Source: Eubacteriales bacterium
GTDB lineage: Bacteria; Bacillota; Clostridia; Oscillospirales; QAKW01
Direction of reading: 5' to 3'
NCBI GenBank assembly: GCA_045541555.1
Contig: JAZQJH010000010.1
Location: 9,346 to 73,345 of the forward strand
DNA length: 64,000 bases
Shown here: positions 1 to 8,591 of the stretch, one piece after another
Numbering within the stretch: position 1 is the stretch's first letter
Layout of the letters: the number at the start of each line of letters is the position of its first letter
The notes under the pieces: generated by a model
What the model saw: only the letters and a program-made list of their open reading frames with translations
Told to the model about the DNA's origin: nothing
Database searches by the model: none
Position numbers and translations under genes: made by a program

Positions 1-32
1 TGGCTGGACTTGATCGCATTTATGAAAAAACA

Positions 33-61
33 TTGACAAACCCGGAAAATTATGCTAAACT
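33..61 (+). promoter_or_regulatory. sigma-A-type promoter driving the leader and ATPase
   Basis: TTGACA at 33-38, a 17-nt spacer, then TGcTAAACT (extended -10) at 53-61. Confidence 0.5.
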
Positions 62-67
62 GCATAT

Positions 68-192
68 TAAGTTAAGGGAGTAGTCAGCACAGCAGTGTGT
101 GATGAAGCCAACATCATGAAGGCGGATCGTCTTCTGGCTTTGTTTTGGAATGACGAGACTTATCTGCTTTCATGCAGATAAGTCTTTTTTTT
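68..192 (+). promoter_or_regulatory. Candidate yybP-ykoY (Mn2+) riboswitch leader with a terminator expression platform
   Basis: GGGAGTAG at 76-83, GGCTTTGTT at 136-144 and GACGAGAC at 152-159 resemble the conserved yybP-ykoY segments as I recall them from the L. lactis aptamer (GGGGAGUAG, GGCUUUGUUGACAUA, GCAAGACC). The putative P1 3' strand (159-162) lies inside the 5' arm of the terminator hairpin, which is an ON-switch layout. The downstream gene is a P-type cation ATPase. No covariance-model scan was run. Confidence 0.55.
157..192 (+). terminator. Intrinsic terminator (leader attenuator)
   Basis: An 11-bp perfect stem gacttatctgc (157-167) / gcagataagtc (174-184), a 6-nt loop, and a T8 tract at 185-192. 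It sits 45 nt upstream of the ATPase start. Confidence 0.8.
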
Positions 193-237
193 ATCACAAT
201 TGTGCATACTACTTAATATTAAGACTGGAGGAAAAGA

Positions 238-2919
238 ATGAAAGAGTATTTGTCGGAAGTGCAAGAGGTCCTCGATTCGCAGAAATCTTCTGCCGAGGGT
301 CTTAGCAGCGCGGAAGCGCAAAAGCGTCTTGCAGAGATCGGCCCCAATAAGCTGGCCGAGGGCAAGAAGGAAAGCCTGATCCACCGTTTCTTTAAGCAGC
401 TGGCTGAGCCTATGACCATCATTTTGATCGTGGCGGCTTTGATCTCTGCTTTCATGGCAGTTTGGGAGAAGGAATTCCCCTCTGATGTTATCATTATTAT
501 GGCGGTGGTGCTGATCAACGCCATCCTGGGCGTTTTTCAGGAGAGCAAGGCTGAGAAGGCTATTGAGGCTCTGCAGGAGATCGCGGCAGCTACCTCTAAG
601 GTCATTCGCGACGGGCACCAGATCACCGTCCGCAGCGAAGAGCTGGTTCCCGGCGATATCATCGTCCTGGAGGCCGGTGACGCCGTTCCGGCGGATGCCC
701 GTATCATCGAATGCGCCAGCATGAAGATCGAGGAAGCGGCGCTGACCGGTGAGTCCGTCCCCGTGACCAAGGAAAGCGAAGCCCTCAAGGCCGGCGCCAA
801 TGGCGACGTAGCGCTGGGCGACCGCAAGAATATGGTCTTTATGGGCAGCACCGTCGTTTACGGACGCGGTAAAGCCGTCGTTGTCGGTACCGGAATGGAA
901 ACCGAGATGGGTAAGATTGCCGACGCTCTGGCGCAGGCAGAGGAGGGCAAGACTCCCCTGCAGATGAAGCTGGCAGGACTCAGCAAGATCTTGACCTATC
1001 TGGTTATCGGTATCTGCGTCATTATCTTTGGTGTTAACCTGGTGCGTGCGCTGATCGGCGGGGATCTCTCTGCCGCCGTCGTACTGGATACCTTTATGAT
1101 CGCGATCTCTCTGGCGGTTGCCGCCATCCCCGAGGGTCTGGCAACGGTGGTTACCATCGTGCTTTCCATCGGCGTGACCAATATGTCTAAGAGAAGCGCC
1201 ATCATCCGGAAACTGACCGCAGTAGAGACATTGGGTTGTACCCAGATCATCTGCTCCGATAAGACCGGTACGCTGACCCAGAATAAGATGACCGTCGTCG
1301 AGCATTACGGCGAGGATGAAACTCTTTTGGCTACCGCTATGTCTCTCTGCTCCGATGCTGAGCTGGATGAGGAAGCCGGCGAAGCCATCGGTGAGCCCAC
1401 CGAGTGTGCGCTGGTTAACTATGCCAATAAGCTGGGTCTTAATAAGAACGTTCAGAAAAACGAGCTGGTTCGCGTGGGCGAAGTGCCCTTCGATTCCGGC
1501 CGTAAGATGATGTCTACCGTTCATAAGGATGCAAGCGGTGGCTTGATCCAGTTCACCAAGGGCGCTCCCGATGAAGTGCTGAAGAGATGCGTGAAAGCGC
1601 TGATCGGCGGTAAGGAAGTGGAGATGACCGAGGAGATCCGCAAGGAGATCCTGACCGCCAATAAGGCGATGGCGGATAAGGCTCTGCGTGTCCTTTCCGT
1701 TGCCCAGAAGAAGCTGGATGAAGAGCCTGCTGCTTATGAACCCGAGACGGTGGAGTGCGAGCTCTGCTTTGTGGGTCTTGTGGGCATGATTGACCCGGTT
1801 CGTCCCGAGGTAAAGCCTGCTATTGATGAGTGCCGCAGCGCCGGCATCCGTGCCGTGATGATCACCGGTGACCATAAGGATACCGCCGTGGCTATCGCGA
1901 TGCAGCTTGGCATCATCGAGAGCCCCGACCAGGCTATCACTGGCGCTGAGCTGGATGAGATCTCTGATGAAGAATTTGAAGCGAAGGTAGAGCAGTATTC
2001 CGTCTACGCGCGCGTGCAGCCGGAGCATAAGACCCGGATCGTCAACGCTTGGCGTAAGAAGGGCAAGGTCACCGCAATGACCGGCGACGGCGTCAACGAC
2101 GCGCCCTCTATCAAGAATGCAGATATCGGCGTTGGTATGGGTATCACCGGTACCGACGTTACTAAGAACGTGGCCGATATGATTCTGGCAGACGATAACT
2201 TTGCCACCATCGTGTCCGCTGCTGCTGAAGGCCGCCGGATCTATGACAATATCCGTAAGGCCATCCAGTTCCTTTTGGCTTCCAACCTCTCCGAGGTTCT
2301 GACTATCTTCTTTGCCACCCTTTTTGGATGGACCATCTTCCAGCCGGTGCATCTCCTTTGGATCAACCTGATCACCGACTGTTTCCCGGCTCTTGCTTTG
2401 GGTATGGAGAAGCCGGAGGCAGACGTTATGAAGCGTTCTCCCCGCGATTCCAGAGAAGGCATCTTTGCCGGCGGCTTGGGATTCGCAGTCGGCTACCAGG
2501 GCTTCCTGGTGACCCTCATTACCCTGGCATCTTACGTCATCGGCCGCTACTGGCTGGCTGAGCTGCATCATGCTGAGGCAATTGCCCAAGGTCTTTATAA
2601 TGCTGCTGATCTGGGTACCAGCATGGCGTTCCTGACCCTCTCTATGGCAGAGATCTTCCATTCCTTCAATATGCGCTCTCTCCACGGTTCCATCTTTACC
2701 ATGAAGAGCCAGAATAAGTGGCTCTGGGGTGCCGGAATTCTCTCCTTCCTGCTGACCACCCTGGTCATCGAGGTGGACTTCCTGGCGAAGGCCTTTAATC
2801 TGGCGCATCTGGATCTGATGGAGTATGGTATTGCAATGGCGCTGGCCATTTGTATCATTCCCATCGTTGAGTTTATCAAGATCTTCTCTCGGATGCACGA
2901 TAAAAAGCGCAGCAAATAA
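238..2919 (+). CDS. P-type (P2) cation-transporting ATPase, Ca2+/Mn2+ family
   Basis: 893 aa. It has the phosphorylation motif ICSDKTGTLTQNKM, the hinge TGDGVNDAPS, TGES in the actuator domain and PEGL in TM4. An RBS ggagg lies upstream. Confidence 0.93.
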   Translation: MKEYLSEVQEVLDSQKSSAEGLSSAEAQKRLAEIGPNKLAEGKKESLIHRFFKQLAEPMTIILIVAALISAFMAVWEKEFPSDVIIIMAVVLINAILGVFQESKAEKAIEALQEIAAATSKVIRDGHQITVRSEELVPGDIIVLEAGDAVPADARIIECASMKIEEAALTGESVPVTKESEALKAGANGDVALGDRKNMVFMGSTVVYGRGKAVVVGTGMETEMGKIADALAQAEEGKTPLQMKLAGLSKILTYLVIGICVIIFGVNLVRALIGGDLSAAVVLDTFMIAISLAVAAIPEGLATVVTIVLSIGVTNMSKRSAIIRKLTAVETLGCTQIICSDKTGTLTQNKMTVVEHYGEDETLLATAMSLCSDAELDEEAGEAIGEPTECALVNYANKLGLNKNVQKNELVRVGEVPFDSGRKMMSTVHKDASGGLIQFTKGAPDEVLKRCVKALIGGKEVEMTEEIRKEILTANKAMADKALRVLSVAQKKLDEEPAAYEPETVECELCFVGLVGMIDPVRPEVKPAIDECRSAGIRAVMITGDHKDTAVAIAMQLGIIESPDQAITGAELDEISDEEFEAKVEQYSVYARVQPEHKTRIVNAWRKKGKVTAMTGDGVNDAPSIKNADIGVGMGITGTDVTKNVADMILADDNFATIVSAAAEGRRIYDNIRKAIQFLLASNLSEVLTIFFATLFGWTIFQPVHLLWINLITDCFPALALGMEKPEADVMKRSPRDSREGIFAGGLGFAVGYQGFLVTLITLASYVIGRYWLAELHHAEAIAQGLYNAADLGTSMAFLTLSMAEIFHSFNMRSLHGSIFTMKSQNKWLWGAGILSFLLTTLVIEVDFLAKAFNLAHLDLMEYGIAMALAICIIPIVEFIKIFSRMHDKKRSK

Positions 2920-2929
2920 TGAAATAATT

Positions 2930-2960
2930 CCCCCTGCTTCGGCAGGGGGATATTTTTTTG
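2930..2960 (+). terminator. Intrinsic terminator after the ATPase
   Basis: Stem ccccctgc (2930-2937), loop ttcg, stem gcaggggg (2942-2949), followed by a T7 tract. Confidence 0.85.
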
Positions 2961-2998
2961 TTCTTTTGCCGATAATAATGTGGAAAAGGGGGCAAAAA

Positions 2999-4432
2999 AT
3001 GGAATTTAAGAATAACTTTGAGGAAAATTTAAAATTATTTCAGGATGCCTTTGATAAAGACGATACCTTTAAGATGAAGTTCATCCGCAATCCGCACCAT
3101 CCGGAGCTTCAGATGGTGGCGTTGCTTTCCGGCGCCATGGTCAGCAGCGACGTCACCGATCGGGACGTGCTTTTAAGTCTGGCATCCTTTGATTTCGAGC
3201 CGACGGTCGAGGGGGCGTTGGCAGGCGGCATCGGCAACCATAGCGTAGAGGTGAGCGACGATCTACAAAAGGCGATGATCCAGATCGGTGCCGGAGATTG
3301 CGTGGTACTGGTGGGAGATGAGCCGCGGTGCATCATTATTGATGCTAAGGGGATGCCCAAGCGCGGCAACGATATTCCCGAGACGGAGATCTCGCTTTTG
3401 GGCCCTCAGGATGGATTTAATGAAAATATCATGGGCAACCTGGGACTTTTGAAAAAGCGGATCGCTACTCCGGATCTGAAATGTGAGTTCGTAACCGCCG
3501 GTAAGCGGTGTAATAATAAATTGGCCATCTGCTATCTGGACGGGGTAGTGCGCCCCGAGCTGGTGGAGGAGGTAAAGGCGCGGATCCAAAAGATCTATAT
3601 TGATTTTGTGCCGGACGGCAATGTCCTTGCGGAGTTGATTCGGGACTGTCCGTATTCGATCTTTAAGACGGTGGGCAAGACCGGCCGTCCGGACGTACTG
3701 GCATCCAAGCTCCTGGAGGGACGGATCGGTGTGATCATGGACGGCTCTCCTGTCGCCATCACCGTCCCTTATATTTTTGCCGAGGCCTTTCAAAGTCCCG
3801 ACGATTATTATCAGAGCTATCTCTACGCCAATATCGGCAGGGTACTGCGGTATCTCGGTTTTTTGATCGCCGTCTTTTTGCCGGGTTTTTATCTTTCGGT
3901 GGTCAATTTTAATCCCGGCGTACTGCCGGCGCATTGGCTTTATACGGTCCTTGCATCTTCGGAGGGGGTGCCCATCCGGACGGTGACGGAGATGCTGCTC
4001 CTCTTTTTTGCCTTTGAAATTCTCCGGGAGACCGGATCCCGAATGCCGGCGGGGCTGGGGCTTGCCTTGAACGTGGTGGGGGCGGTGATCTTGGGGGATG
4101 CGGCGGTGACCAGTAATATTGTCTCCACCCCCATGGTGATCATCGTTGCCTTTTCCGGCGTCACCGGTCTGATGGTCAAGGATCTCAAAGGACCGGTTTT
4201 TTATCTGCGGCTGGGAGCAATCCTTGCCGGCGCAGTGTTTGGCTTACCGGGGCTTGCCTTGATGGCAGTGGCGACGCTGCTGCATTTGGCGTCGTTGAAC
4301 TCTCTGGGGGTGCCCTTTCTCTATACCCTTGGCCATAAAAGCGGTTGTCAGGACACCTTTTTTCGGACGCCTTATTGGCGGATGGTCTGGCGCCAAGAAC
4401 GCTTTACCGCCAATCAAAGGAGGCAAAAATGA
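2999..4432 (+). CDS. Spore germination protein, GerA (A-subunit) family
   Basis: The track ORF 2825..4432 was trimmed to the ATG at 2999 (MEFKNNFEENL), which follows the RBS aaggggg. The upstream extension overlaps the ATPase and its terminator. GerAA-like core: GRIGVIMDGSPVAITVPYIF plus a C-terminal TM bundle. Confidence 0.85.
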   Translation: MEFKNNFEENLKLFQDAFDKDDTFKMKFIRNPHHPELQMVALLSGAMVSSDVTDRDVLLSLASFDFEPTVEGALAGGIGNHSVEVSDDLQKAMIQIGAGDCVVLVGDEPRCIIIDAKGMPKRGNDIPETEISLLGPQDGFNENIMGNLGLLKKRIATPDLKCEFVTAGKRCNNKLAICYLDGVVRPELVEEVKARIQKIYIDFVPDGNVLAELIRDCPYSIFKTVGKTGRPDVLASKLLEGRIGVIMDGSPVAITVPYIFAEAFQSPDDYYQSYLYANIGRVLRYLGFLIAVFLPGFYLSVVNFNPGVLPAHWLYTVLASSEGVPIRTVTEMLLLFFAFEILRETGSRMPAGLGLALNVVGAVILGDAAVTSNIVSTPMVIIVAFSGVTGLMVKDLKGPVFYLRLGAILAGAVFGLPGLALMAVATLLHLASLNSLGVPFLYTLGHKSGCQDTFFRTPYWRMVWRQERFTANQRRQK

Positions 4433-4998
4433 AACGATTGATAATGAAATATATGACGGTGACGGTGTTTTTAGTTGCTGCCGTTTTCGGCTCCTTTTCT
4501 ATTCCGCGCCGGGAGCTGCGCTCCACCGGACAGGTGGCAGGGATTGCGCTGGACGAGGTGGAGGGAAAACTGCGTGCAACCTTCGAGCTTTACGCCCCTT
4601 CCTTGGACGAGCCCATCGGCAAAAGCCGCCAGACGGTCGTTACCGTCGGCGAAAGTCTGCAGGAATGTATGGATCGGGCACAGCTTTCCGGCGGTGAAAG
4701 TCTTTTTGCCGACGATATTTCGGCGCTCATCCTTTCCGGTGCGGAGGATCATTTTCTGCTTCAAAAGGTTTACGAACATTATCGGCTTTTGAAAAACGAT
4801 CAGATGGATCTGCCGGTGTTCTTTACCTTCGGGCAGGATGCCGGTCGTATTTTTGAGGGGGAAGGGGCGGTGCTTTCCGGAGAATTGGCGGAGAGCGGAA
4901 AGGCATTGCATAAACTGCAGACCATTCGGGATCTGGTCAACGGCTCCGGAGAACGGGTGTTGATCCGAGGGGAGGGGTGTTATGAAATTATTTCGTAG
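4429..4998 (+). CDS. Short Ger(x)C-like protein (N-terminal half only, no lipobox Cys)
   Basis: The ATG at 4429 overlaps the gerA-family stop (ATGA). It has a signal or anchor helix and then QVAGIALDEVEGKLRATFELYAP, which resembles the N-terminal GerAC motif. At 189 aa it is about half the normal length. Confidence 0.5.
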   Translation: MKRLIMKYMTVTVFLVAAVFGSFSIPRRELRSTGQVAGIALDEVEGKLRATFELYAPSLDEPIGKSRQTVVTVGESLQECMDRAQLSGGESLFADDISALILSGAEDHFLLQKVYEHYRLLKNDQMDLPVFFTFGQDAGRIFEGEGAVLSGELAESGKALHKLQTIRDLVNGSGERVLIRGEGCYEIIS

Positions 4999-5713
4999 TG
5001 CATTACTGCTTTTAGGGGAGACTGCCGCTCTTGGCTGGTTCATTCTGCATGATCTTTCTTTTCTGGCGGTCTTGCCGATCATTCCCTTAGGGGTGTTGTT
5101 CTATTTTCTGCACCGCTTTTCTATGATCAAATGGCTGAATGGGGTGCTCTCTATAATTGCGGCGAGCTTGGCGGCGTTCACCATCAGCGTGGGCGTCTTT
5201 GACGGAAACGGATTTTTTACCCTGCTCTGCCTCATTCCGGCGGTGGCGTTATTGGCACTCAACGTGCCAAAGGCTGAGTTGGAGCGCATTTCCGGCTGGT
5301 GGCTCTTTGCTTTTTTATTGGCTTTTATCGTGATGCTTGTCGCCACCCTACCGGGTGTTCGGTGGACGGCAGAACTGCCGTCGGTCGGCAAATGGATCGA
5401 TCTTTTGATCTTTTATCTTTTGGTATTTTTGGAGCCCTTGGGAATGGGGAAGGACTACCGTGCCGCACCTCTTGCCCTGGGGATCTTACTTCTGCCCTTC
5501 AGCCTTGCCGCCTATCTTGCTTTGGGCGGCGGCGCTTTTGGCTGGGCGGAGTATCCCTATCTTTCGGTGTGGGCTGGGGTGGCGGTATCCGCCTTTCATC
5601 ATACCGAAGGGATCATTCTATGCCTCTATTATGGGGTGGGTGCTTTGCGCCTGGCGAATTTTTTGCAATCTGCCGGGGGACTTTATTGCAAAGCCCAAAA
5701 GTTTTTTATTTAA
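4982..5713 (+). CDS. Polytopic membrane protein in the ger operon (possible reduced GerAB-like subunit)
   Basis: 243 aa with about 7 hydrophobic helices. It overlaps the upstream gene by 17 nt. The function is assigned only from operon position. Confidence 0.45.
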   Translation: MKLFRSALLLLGETAALGWFILHDLSFLAVLPIIPLGVLFYFLHRFSMIKWLNGVLSIIAASLAAFTISVGVFDGNGFFTLLCLIPAVALLALNVPKAELERISGWWLFAFLLAFIVMLVATLPGVRWTAELPSVGKWIDLLIFYLLVFLEPLGMGKDYRAAPLALGILLLPFSLAAYLALGGGAFGWAEYPYLSVWAGVAVSAFHHTEGIILCLYYGVGALRLANFLQSAGGLYCKAQKFFI

Positions 5714-5736
5714 AGTTTAATGAAAAAACGACTGCA

Positions 5737-5780
5737 TAGGGAGACACTTCGTAAAGAAGTGTTCTCCCTACTTTCTTTTT
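5737..5780 (+). terminator. Intrinsic terminator after the ger operon
   Basis: Stem tagggagacacttc / gaagtgttctcccta with one bulge, followed by ctttcttttt. Confidence 0.7.
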
Positions 5781-5866
5781 ATATAAAAATTGACACTTTC
5801 GGTTTGAAAGTGTCATAGTGGGTTACATACTTTAAAATTAACCTATCTCAAAGATAAGAATAATAA

Positions 5867-6069
5867 GTGATATTGTGAGACAGGTCTCACAGTGATATTT
5901 TGCCTTTCGGCAAAGTGATATGAAAACCTATCGGTTTTCGTGATATTATATCCGCCCTTAAAACTGCCCGAAGGGCAATATAACTATGCGTAGCATAATA
6001 TAACTGCGAAGCAATATAACTCGCCTTTGGCGAATATAACTGAGGCACCTTCCTTACGGAGGGTGCCTC
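5867..6069. repeat. Motif/hairpin array: 4x GTGATAT then 4x AATATAACT, each separated by a unique perfect stem-loop
   Basis: GTGATAT starts at 5867, 5892, 5915 and 5940. AATATAACT starts at 5977, 5997, 6013 and 6033. The spacers are tgtgaga-cagg-tctcaca, tttgcc-tttc-ggcaaa, gaaaacc-tatc-ggttttc, gccctt...aagggc, atgc-gta-gcat, gc-gaa-gc and cgcc-ttt-ggcg. A closing 12-bp hairpin lies at 6042-6069. No ORF of at least 60 aa covers the region. Confidence 0.8.
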
Positions 6070-6086
6070 TAGCGGTCGTTTTTTTG
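6042..6086 (+). terminator. Possible terminator closing the repeat array
   Basis: gaggcaccttcc-ttac-ggagggtgcctc forms 12 bp with one G-U pair. The T7 tract (6079-6085) begins 9 nt after the stem, which is farther than is typical. Confidence 0.4.
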
Positions 6087-6111
6087 TTCATAAATCGTTT
6101 AAGAAAAGGTC

Positions 6112-6140
6112 TTGATTATTATAAATATCTTTAGTATAAT
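6112..6140 (+). promoter_or_regulatory. sigma-A-type promoter of lon
   Basis: TTGATT at 6112-6117, a 17-nt spacer, and TATAAT at 6135-6140. The lon ATG lies about 37 nt downstream, preceded by the RBS aggag. Confidence 0.6.
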
Positions 6141-6176
6141 TAGTCTGTATATTTATAACTATCTATAGGAGAAACC

Positions 6177-8591
6177 ATGGCAGAAATCAATATCTTTGAA
6201 AATGAACATACATTGCAGCAGCATCCGCTGATTGCATCCCGCGGCATTGTCGTCATGCCGGGTACCACCATGTCCTTCGACGTGGTGCGGGAATTTTCCA
6301 TCGCCGCAGTCGAAGCGGCAGGGAAGCAGGACGGCATCGTCATCATCGCATCTCAGAAGGACTTTTCGGTGGAGGAGCCCGGTCATCGGGATCTTTGCAG
6401 CGTAGCGACCCTGGCTAAAATTACCCAGGTGGTGCGCGTAGGCGAAGGTGCCATCCGGGTATCGGTGCGCGGTCTTTCCCGTGCGGATCTTTTGAAGGCG
6501 GAAAAGAAGTCCCGAATGTTTGTGGGCATCGTTTATCCCATTTCGGAGATCAAGGCACCGGCGGAAGCCCCCAATCGGGAAGCCTTGCTTCGTACCTTGA
6601 AAGAGACCTTTGGCGGCTATCTGACCCTCTTGCCGAAGATCAATGAGGAGCTTTCTCCGGAGCTTTTCTCGGAGCAGGATCTGGGTCGTTGTGCCGACCG
6701 CATGACCGCCCAATGCTTCTTTGCCCCGGAGCAAAAGCAGACCCTTTTGGAGCAGCTGGATCCGGTCAAGCGTTGTGAAACGCTTCTGGAGATCCTGATG
6801 CGGGAGATCGAAGTGCTGAAGATGGAGCAGGAGATCCACGCCCGTGTGCGGGAGTCCATCGAGGCCAACCAGCGCGATTATTATCTGCACGAGCAGATGC
6901 GCGTCATTCAGGATGAGCTGGGTGAGAATGAAAACGGCGACGATATCGACGGCTATTATGCCAAGATCGACGCCCTCAACGCCACCCCTGAAATTAAAGA
7001 AAAACTCAATAAAGAAGTAGAACGGATGGCTAAGATGCCGCCGATGTCCCATGAGGGTGCGGTGATCCGGAATTATCTGGATCTGGTGCTGGAGGTTCCC
7101 TTCGGCGTCTATACCGAGGAAAATTTGGATATTAAATCCGCCCGCGCGATTTTGGAAAAGGATCACTACGGTCTGGATGAGGTCAAGACCCGGGTGCTGG
7201 AATTTTTGGCGGTTCGTTCCCTCAATGCGGTGGGCGGTCAGATCCTTTGCCTGGTGGGTCCTCCGGGGGTCGGTAAAACCTCCATTGCGCGGAGCATCGC
7301 CGAGGCGACCAACCGCAAGCTGGCGCGGGTCAGCCTGGGCGGTGTCCATGATGAGGCGGAGATCCGTGGCCATCGTAAGACCTATATCGGCGCCATGCCC
7401 GGACGGATCGCGGATGCGGTCATTAAGTCCGGGAGCAGTAATCCCTTGATCCTCTTGGATGAGGTGGATAAAATGTGCTCCGATCTGCGCGGCGATCCTG
7501 CTTCTGCCTTGCTGGAGGTATTGGATAGCGAGCAGAACTGTAACTATGTGGATCATTATTTAGAGGTGCCCCTGGATCTTTCGCAGGCCTTCTTTATGAT
7601 GACCGCCAATACCTTAGATACCATCCCTCGTCCCTTGCTGGATCGTATGGAAGTGATCGAGCTTTCCTCCTATCTGGATGAGGAGAAATTCCATATTGCC
7701 AAGCAATACCTTGTTCCCAAGCAGCGTAAAATGCATGGTCTTAAAGCCAATCAGATCAAGATCAACGATGCGGCGATCCGCGCGCTGATCGATGGCTATA
7801 CTCGGGAGTCCGGCGTCCGTTCCCTGGAGCGGAGCATCGGCAAGATCATGCGTAAGGCCGCACTGCAGATCGTGGAGAACGGCAAAAAGAGTATGTCTGT
7901 CGGCGTCTCTCAATTGGAGTCCCTTTTGGGCGCTAAGAAATATAAGGACGAGCCCCTTTATGAAGAGGGCTGCTGCGGCATCGTCAACGGTCTCGCCTGG
8001 ACGGCGGTGGGCGGCGAGATGCTGACGGTGGAGGTCTCCGTCCTGGAGGGTAGCGGTAAGCTGGAGCTGACCGGTAGCTTGGGCGACGTCATGAAGGAAA
8101 GCGCCCGTACGGCGGTCTCTTACCTCCGCAGCGTGGTGGATCGGATGAACGTCAGCTATGATTTCTATAAGACCAAGGATCTGCATATCCACTTCCCGGA
8201 GGGTGCTGTCCCCAAGGATGGTCCCAGTGCCGGTATCACCATCGCGACAGCGGTCTGCTCTGCCTTGACGGAGCATCCTGCCGGCAATAAGATCGCCATG
8301 ACCGGCGAGATCACCCTGACCGGCCGTGTTCTGCCCATCGGCGGCCTGCGCGAGAAGTCCATGGCGGCTTATAAGCACGGCATTACCACCGTCTATATCC
8401 CGAAGGATAACGTCCCGGATCTGGAAAAGGTGGATGCCGCGGTGCGCGAAAAGATTAAGTTTATCCCCGTCGGTCATGCGGATGAAGTCCTGCGTGACGT
8501 ACTGGGGATCGCAGATAAAAAGAGAAAGACCTTTGTTTGCCCGCCCCATAAGGCCGGCAAAAAGGAGTCGGGTACAGAAGCATGGGTTTAA
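6177..8591 (+). CDS. lon: ATP-dependent Lon protease (LonA)
   Basis: 804 aa. It has an N-terminal LON domain, the Walker A motif GPPGVGKTS, and the catalytic-serine motif PKDGPSAGIT. Confidence 0.97.
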   Translation: MAEINIFENEHTLQQHPLIASRGIVVMPGTTMSFDVVREFSIAAVEAAGKQDGIVIIASQKDFSVEEPGHRDLCSVATLAKITQVVRVGEGAIRVSVRGLSRADLLKAEKKSRMFVGIVYPISEIKAPAEAPNREALLRTLKETFGGYLTLLPKINEELSPELFSEQDLGRCADRMTAQCFFAPEQKQTLLEQLDPVKRCETLLEILMREIEVLKMEQEIHARVRESIEANQRDYYLHEQMRVIQDELGENENGDDIDGYYAKIDALNATPEIKEKLNKEVERMAKMPPMSHEGAVIRNYLDLVLEVPFGVYTEENLDIKSARAILEKDHYGLDEVKTRVLEFLAVRSLNAVGGQILCLVGPPGVGKTSIARSIAEATNRKLARVSLGGVHDEAEIRGHRKTYIGAMPGRIADAVIKSGSSNPLILLDEVDKMCSDLRGDPASALLEVLDSEQNCNYVDHYLEVPLDLSQAFFMMTANTLDTIPRPLLDRMEVIELSSYLDEEKFHIAKQYLVPKQRKMHGLKANQIKINDAAIRALIDGYTRESGVRSLERSIGKIMRKAALQIVENGKKSMSVGVSQLESLLGAKKYKDEPLYEEGCCGIVNGLAWTAVGGEMLTVEVSVLEGSGKLELTGSLGDVMKESARTAVSYLRSVVDRMNVSYDFYKTKDLHIHFPEGAVPKDGPSAGITIATAVCSALTEHPAGNKIAMTGEITLTGRVLPIGGLREKSMAAYKHGITTVYIPKDNVPDLEKVDAAVREKIKFIPVGHADEVLRDVLGIADKKRKTFVCPPHKAGKKESGTEAWV

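Noticed and set aside
160-2898. A 912-aa ORF on the - strand spans the whole ATPase gene.
   Set aside because: It is an exact antisense shadow of a P-type ATPase with all signature motifs. Its translation is low-complexity (rich in G, D, H, Q and L) with no recognisable motif. Long stop-free antisense frames are expected with this codon bias.
2825-2998. The N-terminal extension of the GerA-family ORF (track start 2825).
   Set aside because: The extension overlaps the last 95 nt of the ATPase gene and runs through its terminator hairpin. An ATG with a good RBS at 2999 gives a normal GerAA N-terminus.
5867-6041. Whether the repeat array is a CRISPR array or a set of iterons.
   Set aside because: The repeats are only 7-9 nt and the spacers only 7-30 nt, and every spacer is self-complementary. 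No cas, rep or integrase gene is nearby. The pattern does not fit CRISPR, attC or plasmid iteron architecture, so I reported it as an unexplained structured array.
6159-7556. Other long shadow ORFs: 6159..7556(-), 7614..8681(-), 9650..11164(-), 12797..13516(-), 15393..16370(-), 26275..27117(-), 31819..32676(-), 32884..33651(-), 40068..40829(-), 42992..43705(+), 44563..45084(+), 52614..53612(-).
   Set aside because: Each lies antisense to, or out of frame with, a gene that has clear family motifs. None has an RBS or recognisable domains.
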